From: a virus
Taxonomy: Duplodnaviria; Caudoviricetes
Length of the DNA stretch: 54,875 bases
Strand: one strand, 5' to 3'
Virus record (IMG/VR): IMGVR_UViG_3300009537_000013
Span: 1-54,875 of that record
Every line of letters starts with the position of its first letter. The stretch's first letter is position 1. Both the position numbers and the translations under genes were made by a program. Positions 31,172 to 40,434 of this stretch are shown piece by piece. A model generated the notes under the pieces. It saw only the letters and a program-made list of their open reading frames with translations. It did not search any database and was not told where the DNA came from.

Positions 31172-31871
31172 AAGAACCTCCGATCTGTTTCTCCCACTCT
31201 AATCGCTCCAGGATGATCTGTCTCATCTCGGTCGCGTTCGCCTTCGCCGCCAGGTAGCGCTCGCCGAGAACCTGATTCGCACCGTGAGTCGGCGACTCCT
31301 CCCGCTCCGCACGGTCTGTCGGATGCCACAAGTGATAAATGTCGCCACGGACTCGCTCGAACCCTCCGAACATCGCGCAGCACGAACTCCAGAACGCGAG
31401 ATCCTCCCAGCCCCATCCCTGGAAGCGCTCATCGAAGCCGTGAACCGTTTCCCAGATCTCGCGTGTCACGACGAGCACTCCGCTGAACGTATTCGGATGC
31501 CTCGTCTCCGCCGACTCGATCTCTCCGCCGGCCATGATCCGGTCGCTCTCCTCCTCGCTGAGAAGCGTCAGGTGATCGTGCGCGAACACGAGCTTTCTCT
31601 TTCCGTGCGCCCGTCCGATCGCCTCGTGGATCTGCCCGAAGTGGTGAGCGAAGTGTTCGCCTCCCACGATCAGGGCACCGTCCCACGGGCCAGCCCTTCG
31701 CGCTGCGTCGTTCGTAGCCGCCGCAAGACTGAACGGGCCCGGGCCCTTATGGGCTCCCTCGAAGATCTCCCATGACGGAGCCTGCTCCTGCCAGCGGGCT
31801 CGACACCACGCCCAGATCTCATCCCGTCGTCCTCTGTCCGGCCGGCGTCCCACGAGAATGACGTTCCTCAT
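31164..31871 (-). CDS. Glycosyltransferase with a GT7-like (galactosyltransferase) C-terminal motif
   Basis: PFSLAAA.N, GFDERFQGWGWED and YHLWH motifs. Confidence 0.85.
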   Translation of the reverse strand: MRNVILVGRRPDRGRRDEIWAWCRARWQEQAPSWEIFEGAHKGPGPFSLAAATNDAARRAGPWDGALIVGGEHFAHHFGQIHEAIGRAHGKRKLVFAHDHLTLLSEEESDRIMAGGEIESAETRHPNTFSGVLVVTREIWETVHGFDERFQGWGWEDLAFWSSCCAMFGGFERVRGDIYHLWHPTDRAEREESPTHGANQVLGERYLAAKANATEMRQIILERLEWEKQIGGSYG

Positions 31872-32374
31872 AGTCGCTTGCCCTCGCGAACCAGACGTGG
31901 ATCTGCGGGCGGAGGATAATGCATGACCGGGAAACCCCGATAGTCATACTCCCGGGCCTTCATTCCTCTGACGGTCGCCCGCGCGCTTACGTCGTCAGCG
32001 ACGATCGCCCCGGCTCCGATCACAGAGTCCTGAGCGATCGTGACGCCCCCGAGGATCACGGCTCCGCTGCCGATCGACACGCGATCCCCGATACGTGTCT
32101 CTAGCATCCCATCGGGCCCATAGCCCTCGATCGAGGGTCGCTTGTCATTCACGAACATCACGCCGTGACCGATGAAGCACTGCGCGCCAATCGTCACCCC
32201 AGAGCAGACGAACGTGTGAGACTGGATTCGCGTCTCCTCCCCAATGATGACGCCGGCCTGGATCTCGCAGAACGGGCCCACGAACACGAAGGGGCCCAAC
32301 ACGCACTGATAGAGATTCGAGGGATCCCTGATCTGATGCCCCTCCCCTATGAACCTCACATCGTCAACTGCCAT
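31868..32374 (-). CDS. Left-handed beta-helix sugar N-acetyltransferase (WbpD-like)
   Basis: NLY.C..G..VGPFCEIQ..IQSHTFVC.GVTI..FIGHGVMF.ND..P hexapeptide repeats. Confidence 0.88.
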   Translation of the reverse strand: MAVDDVRFIGEGHQIRDPSNLYQCVLGPFVFVGPFCEIQAGVIIGEETRIQSHTFVCSGVTIGAQCFIGHGVMFVNDKRPSIEGYGPDGMLETRIGDRVSIGSGAVILGGVTIAQDSVIGAGAIVADDVSARATVRGMKAREYDYRGFPVMHYPPPADPRLVREGKRL

Positions 32375-33444
32375 GAGCCCTCCTTCTGAAACCACTCCAC
32401 GTAGCGCCGAATGCCCTGATCGATCACTGTCGGCGCGAGTCCGTCTTGCGGAAGGTTCAATGTCCGCTCTAAGAGAGTCGGGCTCATCATCACGTTACGC
32501 ACGTCATCTGCGCGCCACGTTCCCTCCATCTCCATCTTCCAGTCCGAGTGTTGAATCCCGAGCATGGGAGCGAGCAGCTTTACGAGCATTCGCACCGGGA
32601 ACGAGCGACCGGAGCAGCAGTTGTAGACACCGGCCGGCGCATCTGCGGCTGCGACTGTCGCCCTAGCAGCGTCCTCCACGTAAAGGAAATCGCGAAGCTG
32701 CCCTCCGTCCTCGTGAACCGTCGCCGTTCCCCATTCCGTAAGCTCTCGCGCGAAGATCGAACAGATCCCCGTGTAATCGTTCACGAGTGACTGCCACGGG
32801 CCATACGTCAGCGAGTAGCGAAGCGCGATCGGCTTCACGTTCCACTCCGGCAGGAGCTTCATCACGAACCGTTCCGCTGCGAGCTTCGACTGTCCGTACA
32901 CGCTTCCGGGAGAGCAGTGATGCTCCTCGAACGAAATGGCCTGGACTGCGAACTTGCCGCACAGCGAGCAGCGGTTCTCCCATCTTCCGTTCTCCAGATC
33001 GAGCACGCTTCTCGGCGGCGCGTACTGATCGCCGTGATCCTCGCACACGATCCGCCCGTTCCCGTACACACTGCCGCTAGACGCGAACACGAGCGTCTCC
33101 ACGCTGGAGTCCTTCACGGCATCGATCACGTTCAGCGTTCCGCCGATGATCGTATCGATCGTCTTTCGCGGGCTGGGGTTGAAGCCTCCGTAGGCTGCGA
33201 GATGAAACACCGTGTCGGGCTCGAACGCCCTGATCGCTTCCTCCAGCGTATCGGCATCGCAGATGTCGCCGATCATCAGCAGATATCTCTCGCGTAGCTC
33301 GGGGTCATGCCAGCGGCCCCCATCGGGCCCGTGCGTATCGGGCTCCAGATTGTCGAAGATCGATACTGCGTGGGCGGTCTCTAGAAGCTGATGCGCAACC
33401 CACGAGCCGATCATTCCCGCTCCGCCTATCACGAGCGCTCTCAT
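32356..33444 (-). CDS. NAD-dependent NDP-sugar epimerase/dehydratase (WbiB-like, with a Cys insertion)
   Basis: GGAGMIG, FHLAA, YGQSK and EDG.Q.RDF motifs, plus a C..HG...WE..C..C insertion. Confidence 0.88.
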   Translation of the reverse strand: MRALVIGGAGMIGSWVAHQLLETAHAVSIFDNLEPDTHGPDGGRWHDPELRERYLLMIGDICDADTLEEAIRAFEPDTVFHLAAYGGFNPSPRKTIDTIIGGTLNVIDAVKDSSVETLVFASSGSVYGNGRIVCEDHGDQYAPPRSVLDLENGRWENRCSLCGKFAVQAISFEEHHCSPGSVYGQSKLAAERFVMKLLPEWNVKPIALRYSLTYGPWQSLVNDYTGICSIFARELTEWGTATVHEDGGQLRDFLYVEDAARATVAAADAPAGVYNCCSGRSFPVRMLVKLLAPMLGIQHSDWKMEMEGTWRADDVRNVMMSPTLLERTLNLPQDGLAPTVIDQGIRRYVEWFQKEGSWQLTM

Positions 33445-33635
33445 CTGCATCCCCCTTCGATCTCTTCGATTTTCTTCTCCAGTTCCTCGATGTGATCCTC
33501 AAGCCTTGTAAGCGCCTCTCTGGGCTTAAAGCTCTCATCGCCATAAACCATCGTCTCGGGAAGGTTGGGTCTAATAATCACCACGTCATCACGCCACGTT
33601 CCAGTCCGAACGAACCAGCTACGAACGTCCCTCAT
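33441..33635 (-). CDS. Hypothetical protein
   Basis: TGATG start overlap and a coiled-coil C-terminus. Confidence 0.5.
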   Translation of the reverse strand: MRDVRSWFVRTGTWRDDVVIIRPNLPETMVYGDESFKPREALTRLEDHIEELEKKIEEIEGGCR

Positions 33636-33964
33636 CAGCACTTGTCTCCGGTCTGCGTGTACCTGACTATGGATCCGTCTACCCAGAACGCGACATGCTC
33701 CCCGTCGTGCGCTTCTGGCCGCAGGCAGAGCAGCCCAGTATGAATGCACCGCTCGAAGCACACCTGCCCCTCGAACGAGTCGATCTCCTTCATGTCCTCG
33801 ATGTCTCGCGCAGCGTTCTTCTCCTGAGTCTCCAGCACCGCGAGGAGGCGCTTCCAGGAAACGATCTGATGGCTCGCGTGCTGGATCTTCCCCTCTACCG
33901 CGCGGATGCGTGCCTGCGCCTGCTCGTGCTCCCTGACGAGCTTCGCGTACTGATTGAGGTTCAC
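33635..33964 (-). CDS. Hypothetical coiled-coil protein with a Cys/His motif
   Basis: GTGA overlap. C.....C....H.G.H pattern. Confidence 0.6.
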   Translation of the reverse strand: MNLNQYAKLVREHEQAQARIRAVEGKIQHASHQIVSWKRLLAVLETQEKNAARDIEDMKEIDSFEGQVCFERCIHTGLLCLRPEAHDGEHVAFWVDGSIVRYTQTGDKC

Positions 33965-34947
33965 AGATCTACAGGAGCGCCGTCGTTCGCGAGCGACTGA
34001 CTAGCCGCCTCGCACAGCGCCACCACTTCTATCGCTAGCTGTCCACCTATCACGGGAGTCTTGTGCTCGATGCAATCCCTGAAGTGGTCACACTCTACTC
34101 GCAGAGCCTCTCGCGTGTCTAGAGCCGGCGCGTACACGTCGCCCTTCCTGTAAGCCACCATGAGCCCGTGAGCGCGTTCCCTAGAGCGTTCCAGGCTCAC
34201 CCCGGCGTCATAGATCCTGACCTTCTCAGACGGCTCCAGATCGTCATACACGGCCATGCGCTCGTCTCCGACTATGAGCGTCTGGCGGAGCTTCACCGGA
34301 GACAGCCACGAGACCGCGATGTGCGCCTGAGTGCCCGCCGGCCACGAGCAAGAGATCCAGGCTGCGTTCGCCTGCCCGCTGCCGGCGAAGTCGCCGCCCA
34401 GCGCCCTGATCCGTGTCGGCTTCGAGGCGAGCGCGTAGAGCATGATCGAGAAGTCGTGTGGCGCGAGATCCCAGATCACATCGCAGTCCTGCTGGAACAG
34501 TCCGAGATTCACGCGCGTCGATGAGAAGTAGTGGATTCTGCCGAGATCCGTTGCCGCTAGGTTCCTGACGGCCCCGGTGAAGAGGAACGTGTGATCCGTG
34601 AGGAGCGTCAATCCTGCGTCCTCCGCGATCGCTGTGAGTCTCGATGCCTGCCGTGAATCCTGCGCGAGCGGCTTCGTGACGAGCACGTGCTTTCCGTCCA
34701 TGAGCGCGTCCAGCGCGAGATCGTAGTGCGTGGACAGCGGAGTGGCGATCGCGACGGCATCGAGATCGCTGGCTCGCGTGACCTCCCTCTCGTTCTGCGT
34801 GATCCAGACCTGGGGATGCCGGCGCTTCGCGAGCGCAAGACGATCGGAGTCCCTGTCTGCGATGTGCGCGAGAGAGAACCCTGCTTCGATCAGGTTGCGC
34901 GCGAGGTTCGGGCCCCAGTAGCCGTATCCGATCAGCCCGACTCGCAT
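33961..34947 (-). CDS. Gfo/Idh/MocA oxidoreductase (sugar-nucleotide dehydrogenase type)
   Basis: GYGYWGPNLARN, IATP..H, GKHVLV.KP and WDLAPHD motifs. Confidence 0.9.
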   Translation of the reverse strand: MRVGLIGYGYWGPNLARNLIEAGFSLAHIADRDSDRLALAKRRHPQVWITQNEREVTRASDLDAVAIATPLSTHYDLALDALMDGKHVLVTKPLAQDSRQASRLTAIAEDAGLTLLTDHTFLFTGAVRNLAATDLGRIHYFSSTRVNLGLFQQDCDVIWDLAPHDFSIMLYALASKPTRIRALGGDFAGSGQANAAWISCSWPAGTQAHIAVSWLSPVKLRQTLIVGDERMAVYDDLEPSEKVRIYDAGVSLERSRERAHGLMVAYRKGDVYAPALDTREALRVECDHFRDCIEHKTPVIGGQLAIEVVALCEAASQSLANDGAPVDL

Positions 34948-35552
34948 CAGTAGCCGTGCGACCCTGGAGCGCGCTCTACGCCGATATGAGCCGCCCACGG
35001 CTCTCCCCACCCCCACAGCCCAAACACAGCGTCAGGATAGCGCTGGATGATCCTGGGGCCTATCTCCGTCTCGCATCCCGGCTGCGGATCCCACGGAAAC
35101 TCGCGTGCAAGCTCCGTCCGGAACAGCGCCGGATTCGTCGCCCAGTTCCGTGTCGTGGCGATCCACGGACGCTGCCACGAGCCGCGCCGCTCATACAGTC
35201 CCGGCATCTGCGGAATGTAGCCGCCCCACTCGATCTCGAATCCCCACGGGCAGCGGACGAGCGCAACCTGCTTCACGCTCGGCTGCATCTTCATCAGCGC
35301 CACGAAGTGAGTGAGATCGACCGGCCGGAGGATCGCGAAGTCCTCCTCCAGATGGAATACCCATTCCTCCTCACGACCGGCGGCTGTCTCCCAGCACTTC
35401 GCATGAGCAGCGCACATGCCAAGCTTCGAGTGGCGATCGTCATAGATGTACGTGAACGCCGGCTTCGGCTCCACGAACCTGTCGAAGCTGTCCAGAGCGC
35501 GCTCTAGGTACTCGTCCCTGCCGTTCGCCAGCACCGTGAGAACGTAGTTCAC
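34947..35552 (-). CDS. Glycosyltransferase-like protein (paralogue A)
   Basis: GR.EYLER.L.S, FHLEEDF, TNP.L and HIG motifs. Confidence 0.75.
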   Translation of the reverse strand: MNYVLTVLANGRDEYLERALDSFDRFVEPKPAFTYIYDDRHSKLGMCAAHAKCWETAAGREEEWVFHLEEDFAILRPVDLTHFVALMKMQPSVKQVALVRCPWGFEIEWGGYIPQMPGLYERRGSWQRPWIATTRNWATNPALFRTELAREFPWDPQPGCETEIGPRIIQRYPDAVFGLWGWGEPWAAHIGVERAPGSHGY

Positions 35553-35767
35553 TGCACGCGGCGCAGTTCGATCCGGTAACAGTCCGCGAGGTTCACGAGC
35601 TTCCGGCCGTCCTGCGACGGGAACCGCTCCCACGCCCTGCCACGATTAAGCCGCTTCTGCGTGTTCACGAAATACTTGTGCATGGCGGGATACGGGCCCT
35701 TCCGTAGCGAGATCTCCGGCTGGCCCTCACACGCCGCAATCACTTCCCACGTGCCATCAGTGCTCAT
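35549..35767 (-). CDS. Hypothetical protein
   Basis: Fills the gap and has a GTGA overlap. Confidence 0.5.
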   Translation of the reverse strand: MSTDGTWEVIAACEGQPEISLRKGPYPAMHKYFVNTQKRLNRGRAWERFPSQDGRKLVNLADCYRIELRRVQ

Positions 35768-35959
35768 CGATCACAGCCTACTCTTCACATCGACAGGCAC
35801 AAGGGATCGCCTTCCCCAGTTCCAGACGAAGCTCCTCGCGATCATCATCGAAGTCCTGCACGCTCTTCTCCAGCGCCTCAACGCGCTCCACGAGCTTCTC
35901 GCACGCGCTCGTTAGCGTTCCCACGATCAGCGTCAGATCCTCGCAGTCCCGACAGCGCA

Positions 35960-36616
35960 TCAGTAGCCCGTTCCCGTCCGGACGCCGATGTGCCGAACCC
36001 ACGGGGCCCCGTCGCCCCACGCGCCGAACGTGTAGCCGCGAGCGAGCAGATCGATTCCGAGCCGGCCCTCACACTCGGAGCCGTAGTCGGGCCACGGATT
36101 CGCACGCATGAAGTCCCGGCTCATCAGGCTCGGGTTCGTGGTGAAGTACGCCTGATGTTCGAGCCACGGATGCCGTCCCTCGATCCTCGGTCGGTACTGC
36201 CCGTGACGCGACTCGAACAGCCCGCCGGCCTCCTTCTCCTGCTCGTTCACCGCGTCCCGCATCAGCGCCATCTGCGCCACGTCAGGCTCCTCATCGAGCA
36301 CATCAGCGAGATCCCTGAGATCGACCCTGCGGAGGATCTCGAAGTCGTGCTCTAGCCAGAAGATCCACTCCTCGGAAGAATGCGAAGCCTGGATCCAACC
36401 GGCGCGTGTCGCTTGGCAGAAGCCGTTCAGGCGGGGCCCGAGCGGAAGTATCTGGTACGTATCTCCGAGATAGACGCTCGGAATGTAAGGCCCGTCCACC
36501 ACGAGCAGCACGTGGGAAGGCTGTGGGACGACGTGCTCGGCGACACTATGAAGTGTGCGTTCGAGGAAGCTGTGATCCTCGCCGTGCGTGAGAACGATCA
36601 GCCGATAGCGCATCAT
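35960..36616 (-). CDS. Glycosyltransferase-like protein (paralogue B)
   Basis: FLERTL.S, FWLEHDF, TNPSL and HIG motifs. Confidence 0.75.
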   Translation of the reverse strand: MMRYRLIVLTHGEDHSFLERTLHSVAEHVVPQPSHVLLVVDGPYIPSVYLGDTYQILPLGPRLNGFCQATRAGWIQASHSSEEWIFWLEHDFEILRRVDLRDLADVLDEEPDVAQMALMRDAVNEQEKEAGGLFESRHGQYRPRIEGRHPWLEHQAYFTTNPSLMSRDFMRANPWPDYGSECEGRLGIDLLARGYTFGAWGDGAPWVRHIGVRTGTGY

Positions 36617-36621
36617 TCACT

Positions 36622-37281
36622 TTACTCGGGCGAGCGGCGAGCGAACACAGCCTGCGGATGCTTCTCGAACCGCTCGACGGCAAACCCGGACTCCTGAAGC
36701 AGCGCGATCGCGTCATCCACTTCGAGCCCGTTCATCTCCTTGTGAAGTTCCGCCAGCACGAACCTGACCCTCGGGGCCCAGTCGTGCGCATCCTCGAACA
36801 CGGCCCGCTCCGCCCCCTCGATATCGAGCTTCACGAAGTCACACACCGCCTCGGGCCCGAACGCCGAATCGATCAGGGTGCGCAGCCGGCGAGACGGAAC
36901 CTGCACGTCTCCGCCCTCCTGAATCCGGTACGCCCATTCGCCATCGAGCGACGAGTATGTGCGGAAGCCGTCATCGCCGGCGCACGCTGCCCAGATGACG
37001 CGGCCGGCGAAGTTCTGCTCCGCCCACTCGGCGTTCAGCGCGTCCATCTCGACAGCCACGATGTCAGCCTCCGGCCACATGGCCGCATAGTGCGCAGCAG
37101 TGAGCCCGATGTTCGCGCCCACATCGAGCACGCGCAGAGGGACGGGCATCGTCTCGGGGGGAACGTGGTATAGCCCCACGAACGTGTCGCTCCACACCGC
37201 CTGATCCGTCGTGTGCGGACGCAGCCTCACTGACCGCCCGGGCCCGAGCGCGTGGGTCTGCTGCTCGATCGCGCTAGCCAT
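36622..37281 (-). CDS. FkbM-family methyltransferase
   Basis: VLDVGANIG, AVE and FVKLDIEGAE..ELH motifs. Confidence 0.9.
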   Translation of the reverse strand: MASAIEQQTHALGPGRSVRLRPHTTDQAVWSDTFVGLYHVPPETMPVPLRVLDVGANIGLTAAHYAAMWPEADIVAVEMDALNAEWAEQNFAGRVIWAACAGDDGFRTYSSLDGEWAYRIQEGGDVQVPSRRLRTLIDSAFGPEAVCDFVKLDIEGAERAVFEDAHDWAPRVRFVLAELHKEMNGLEVDDAIALLQESGFAVERFEKHPQAVFARRSPE

Positions 37282-37699
37282 CTGGCTCGTGCTGCTTCAT
37301 GTGCTCGCCGAGATCCTCGAAGTGCTCTCCGCACTCAGGACAGTCGCCAGCGTGAACGGCTGCGAGCTTCCTCTTCTGCTTCGTCACGACTCCGCGCGTG
37401 GCGCTCAGGCTCGCCTTCGTCTGATCGAGGTTCGCCGTGAGGAACGCCGTGCGATCACGCTCGCGCTCCAACTTCAGCCGAAGAGATTCCTCCCTCGTCG
37501 GCCCCCTGTAGCTAAAGCTGTGCCCGTTCGGGCAGTAGAACGACTTCCCATCGCGTCTGCGCTGCTCGAAGTACGTCTCGACCACAGCGAAGATCACATC
37601 GCAGCGCGAGCACTGATGGAACTCCATATCCGATAGGCCGGTGAACGTCCACGTCCCGAGGTTCTCGGTGCCTCGCCTCTCTGTTCTGACTGTGCTCAT
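37274..37699 (-). CDS. Zn-finger / coiled-coil protein
   Basis: CSRC, FYCPNGH and CPEC..HM..H motifs. Confidence 0.7.
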   Translation of the reverse strand: MSTVRTERRGTENLGTWTFTGLSDMEFHQCSRCDVIFAVVETYFEQRRRDGKSFYCPNGHSFSYRGPTREESLRLKLERERDRTAFLTANLDQTKASLSATRGVVTKQKRKLAAVHAGDCPECGEHFEDLGEHMKQHEPDG

Positions 37700-38352
37700 G
37701 CCGGAATCATCGCCTCTCTGTGCTCTCGCACGATCGCTCTGTACGCATCCTCCAGGATGCTCCGATCCTGACTGTTCCTCCCCCCTGCCCGTGTCCACGC
37801 ACGATAGACCGCCAGCGGAACGTCCGCCACTGTCGCGCCGGCGCGAACACAGCGAAGGAATAACTCCCAGTCCTCATACGCCGGCAGATCCCGAAAGCCG
37901 CCGACATCGAGGAACAGTTCCCTCGGGACGAGCGTTCCGATCACGCAGTGATTCAGCTTGTCCATCGGCTGATGCCTGTTCGGAAGCTCCGGCCGGCTCT
38001 CCTCCCCGTCAGCGCTCACGTACTGGATTGACGGAGCAAGCAGAAGCGGACGGGGCCCATTCTCGTGGTAGAACGCAGCGGCAGCCGCAGCCATGTAGTC
38101 CACATAGCCGGGAGCCAGTTCGTCATCTGCGTCGAGGAAGCACAGCCACGACGCGCGCACCTGCGAAGCAGCGTAGTTTCGCGCATCGGCGATCGAGCCG
38201 CCGGCCTCATGCCAAACGTACACCTGGACGCGCTCATTCCAGATGCCGTCACGTCCCTGTCCGATCGTGGACGGGAACGCGCGAGACCAGGCTAGCTCCT
38301 CCCATTCCGAGGAGCCATGCGTGGCAATCAGGATTGCAACTGCTGGCACCAT
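37696..38352 (-). CDS. GT2-family glycosyltransferase
   Basis: ARN, FLDADDEL.PGY and VGGF..YEDW.L.LR motifs. Confidence 0.88.
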   Translation of the reverse strand: MVPAVAILIATHGSSEWEELAWSRAFPSTIGQGRDGIWNERVQVYVWHEAGGSIADARNYAASQVRASWLCFLDADDELAPGYVDYMAAAAAAFYHENGPRPLLLAPSIQYVSADGEESRPELPNRHQPMDKLNHCVIGTLVPRELFLDVGGFRDLPAYEDWELFLRCVRAGATVADVPLAVYRAWTRAGGRNSQDRSILEDAYRAIVREHREAMIPA

Positions 38353-38520
38353 TGACGCGAAGTGTGCTCTAACCCCCGGATGACGGATCGGCGGAAAACC
38401 TCCCGCGTTTCCGAAGCTTCTCCATTCGTTCATCCCACTCAGCTTTCGCCCCCGCAACGTTCGAGTAGAAGTCCGGCCTGACGCACGGGCAGAAATGCGA
38501 ACTGTGAGACCGGCAGAACC

Positions 38521-39222
38521 TCAGCGCGGTCTCTTCGGCGTGCCTCTCTGCCTGTCCGTGTGCCATAGCCTCTGCCTCGTGTTATATAGCCGCCTGTCAT
38601 CCTCGAACGCGACCAGAGCCGTCCGGTACGTATCGTCCATCTCGCCCTTACCCCATAGCGGATGCAGATGCTCCACGACGGACTCCGGCTCGTGAACGAA
38701 CTCGCCTCGCGCCTTCGCCGTCTCGATGAACTCGTTATCGACCCAGTTATGGGAATAGCCCTCATGCAAAACCACGTCCGGATCATCGATCGATCCCAGT
38801 TGCGCATAACTGCGATGAAACAGAGAGTGCGTGGAATGCCTGCCGGCCGCTACCTGGCGGTTCCCGAGATCGTTCGTGCCCACGACGCGCCTTCCCTCGC
38901 AGCAGGCTACGCCCACGGCGCAGTCAGCCCAGCCATGATGGAAGTCCAGGTCTGACGAGGCGAAGAAGATCCAGGGAGCCATCGTGTTCCGGATGCCGGC
39001 GTTCATCTTCCTCGCGTAATCGCCTGGCTCCCACGGCTCCGGCAGCACGAGCACGTCGTCCGGCGTGTGGCTCAGCGCTTCCAGAACGGGCCCATCGCTC
39101 TCAGTCACGATGAACAGCGGTCTCAGTTCGAGAAGCCGCTGGCTCGCCGCGAGGTTCTCGATGATCTCCGGGACGCGCTCTGCACGCCCGAGCATCGGGA
39201 TCAAAACATCTACGTCCACCAT
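38521..39222 (-). CDS. GT2-like glycosyltransferase
   Basis: VLIP..GR, YA.K.N.G, HEGY.HN..D.E and VEHLHP motifs. Confidence 0.8.
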   Translation of the reverse strand: MVDVDVLIPMLGRAERVPEIIENLAASQRLLELRPLFIVTESDGPVLEALSHTPDDVLVLPEPWEPGDYARKMNAGIRNTMAPWIFFASSDLDFHHGWADCAVGVACCEGRRVVGTNDLGNRQVAAGRHSTHSLFHRSYAQLGSIDDPDVVLHEGYSHNWVDNEFIETAKARGEFVHEPESVVEHLHPLWGKGEMDDTYRTALVAFEDDRRLYNTRQRLWHTDRQRGTPKRPR

Positions 39223-39344
39223 CTCTGATGATAACGAATACTGGCCCGGAGGATAGTCGCCAGCCGAGAGGCTACCTCCGGCCCTCCCGCCCTCTAGGCC
39301 CTCCCGAGAGCACGGGGCGGAACTCGGCTATGGGGACTCACATT

Positions 39345-39908
39345 CTAGTCACGAAACGCGCCGTGTGGACTGCACTCCCACTGGCTCCAGCCCTCATCGA
39401 GCCACAGCCTGTACGCCGCGCGGGCCTGCGTCAGCGCGTCCCAGCCGTGTCCGTAGTTCGAGCGGGCCCAGTCGCCCATCTGGAACAACCCGAGATACTG
39501 GCCGTTCCGCGCGTACACGGAGTAGTTGCTTTCGCACCACGCGACCTTCAGTGCGTTCCCCGCCTCCGCCCCCCACACATGGCGGATCGCGCCCTCCACC
39601 GTTGAAAGGCTCGCGAGCGTCTCACGCGCCTCGTTCAGCCGGCCGCGCCACTGCGCCGCAACCCAGCGGAGATACTTGCATGACAGGTAGCTGGACGGAT
39701 GCCTGGCGCTCGCCACATGGCGCGCCTCGCCGATCCTGTCCTGGATCTTCCAGGTCTGCGTCTTAGTCCGCGCGATGTGCTTAACCGTGCCCGGGCACTT
39801 CGCGACGGCTGAGAGCTTCCGATGGTCTGGCTTGTGATGCGGGATCGCTGCCGACGCAACCATCAGTGCCAGCGCAAGCAGGCCCAGCGTCGTGATCGAT
39901 CGCTTCAT
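39345..39908 (-). CDS. Secreted lysozyme-like transglycosylase (SLT/Rpf-like)
   Basis: Signal peptide. VA.CES, YLGLFQ and GWSQW.C motifs. GAGGAG SD. Confidence 0.8.
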   Translation of the reverse strand: MKRSITTLGLLALALMVASAAIPHHKPDHRKLSAVAKCPGTVKHIARTKTQTWKIQDRIGEARHVASARHPSSYLSCKYLRWVAAQWRGRLNEARETLASLSTVEGAIRHVWGAEAGNALKVAWCESNYSVYARNGQYLGLFQMGDWARSNYGHGWDALTQARAAYRLWLDEGWSQWECSPHGAFRD

Positions 39909-39995
39909 GTTCTCTCTCCTCCTCTATAGGCGGCGGGGCCCCGCCGCTCCACACGTAAGGGCCCCATGATCGGGAGATCTGTGAACGCGCGGTAT

Positions 39996-40184
39996 CTAAG
40001 CAGCCCTCTCGGACGCCGCCTCGGCTTCGAGCTTGTCGGCGAGTCTGTCAAGATCGCTGGCGCTGAACGTATAGCCGTTCTCCACGAGCAGCGAGAGAGA
40101 GCGAAGGATGCACGCCTGCGCCTGGAACGTCATCGCGTGCAACAGGTCATCGAACACCGGCCTCGGGATCTCAATGTTACCCAT
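39996..40184 (-). CDS. Hypothetical protein
   Basis: AAAGGAG SD before MGNIEIP. Confidence 0.5.
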   Translation of the reverse strand: MGNIEIPRPVFDDLLHAMTFQAQACILRSLSLLVENGYTFSASDLDRLADKLEAEAASERAA

Positions 40185-40434
40185 CAGGCTCCTTTCGTAA
40201 TGGCTCGCTCTCACAATGTGGCTCTCTCGTCATTCCCTCCAGGGCCACAGCTATCCGCTCCAGAAGCGGAACCAGGCGATCCTCCAGGTCTGCTGTTCTC
40301 CGAAGCTGCGCCTCCTGCCGCATCCCTGAGTTAATCGGATCCGTGTAGCAGATCGGGCACCACACGGACTGATCCTCTGGAAAATGGCCGTGCTGTGAGC
40401 ATGATCCGGGCCCGCTCACTGTGACATCGCTCAT
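40177..40434 (-). CDS. Hypothetical Cys/His protein
   Basis: ATGA overlap. C..H...C..C pattern. Confidence 0.55.
   Translation of the reverse strand: MSDVTVSGPGSCSQHGHFPEDQSVWCPICYTDPINSGMRQEAQLRRTADLEDRLVPLLERIAVALEGMTREPHCESEPLRKEPDG

Noticed and set aside
29845-39222. GT cluster as host chromosomal LPS/capsule contamination
   Set aside because: The genes are interleaved and translationally coupled with small phage-type ORFs, flanked by terL and portal, and lack transport or polymerase genes.
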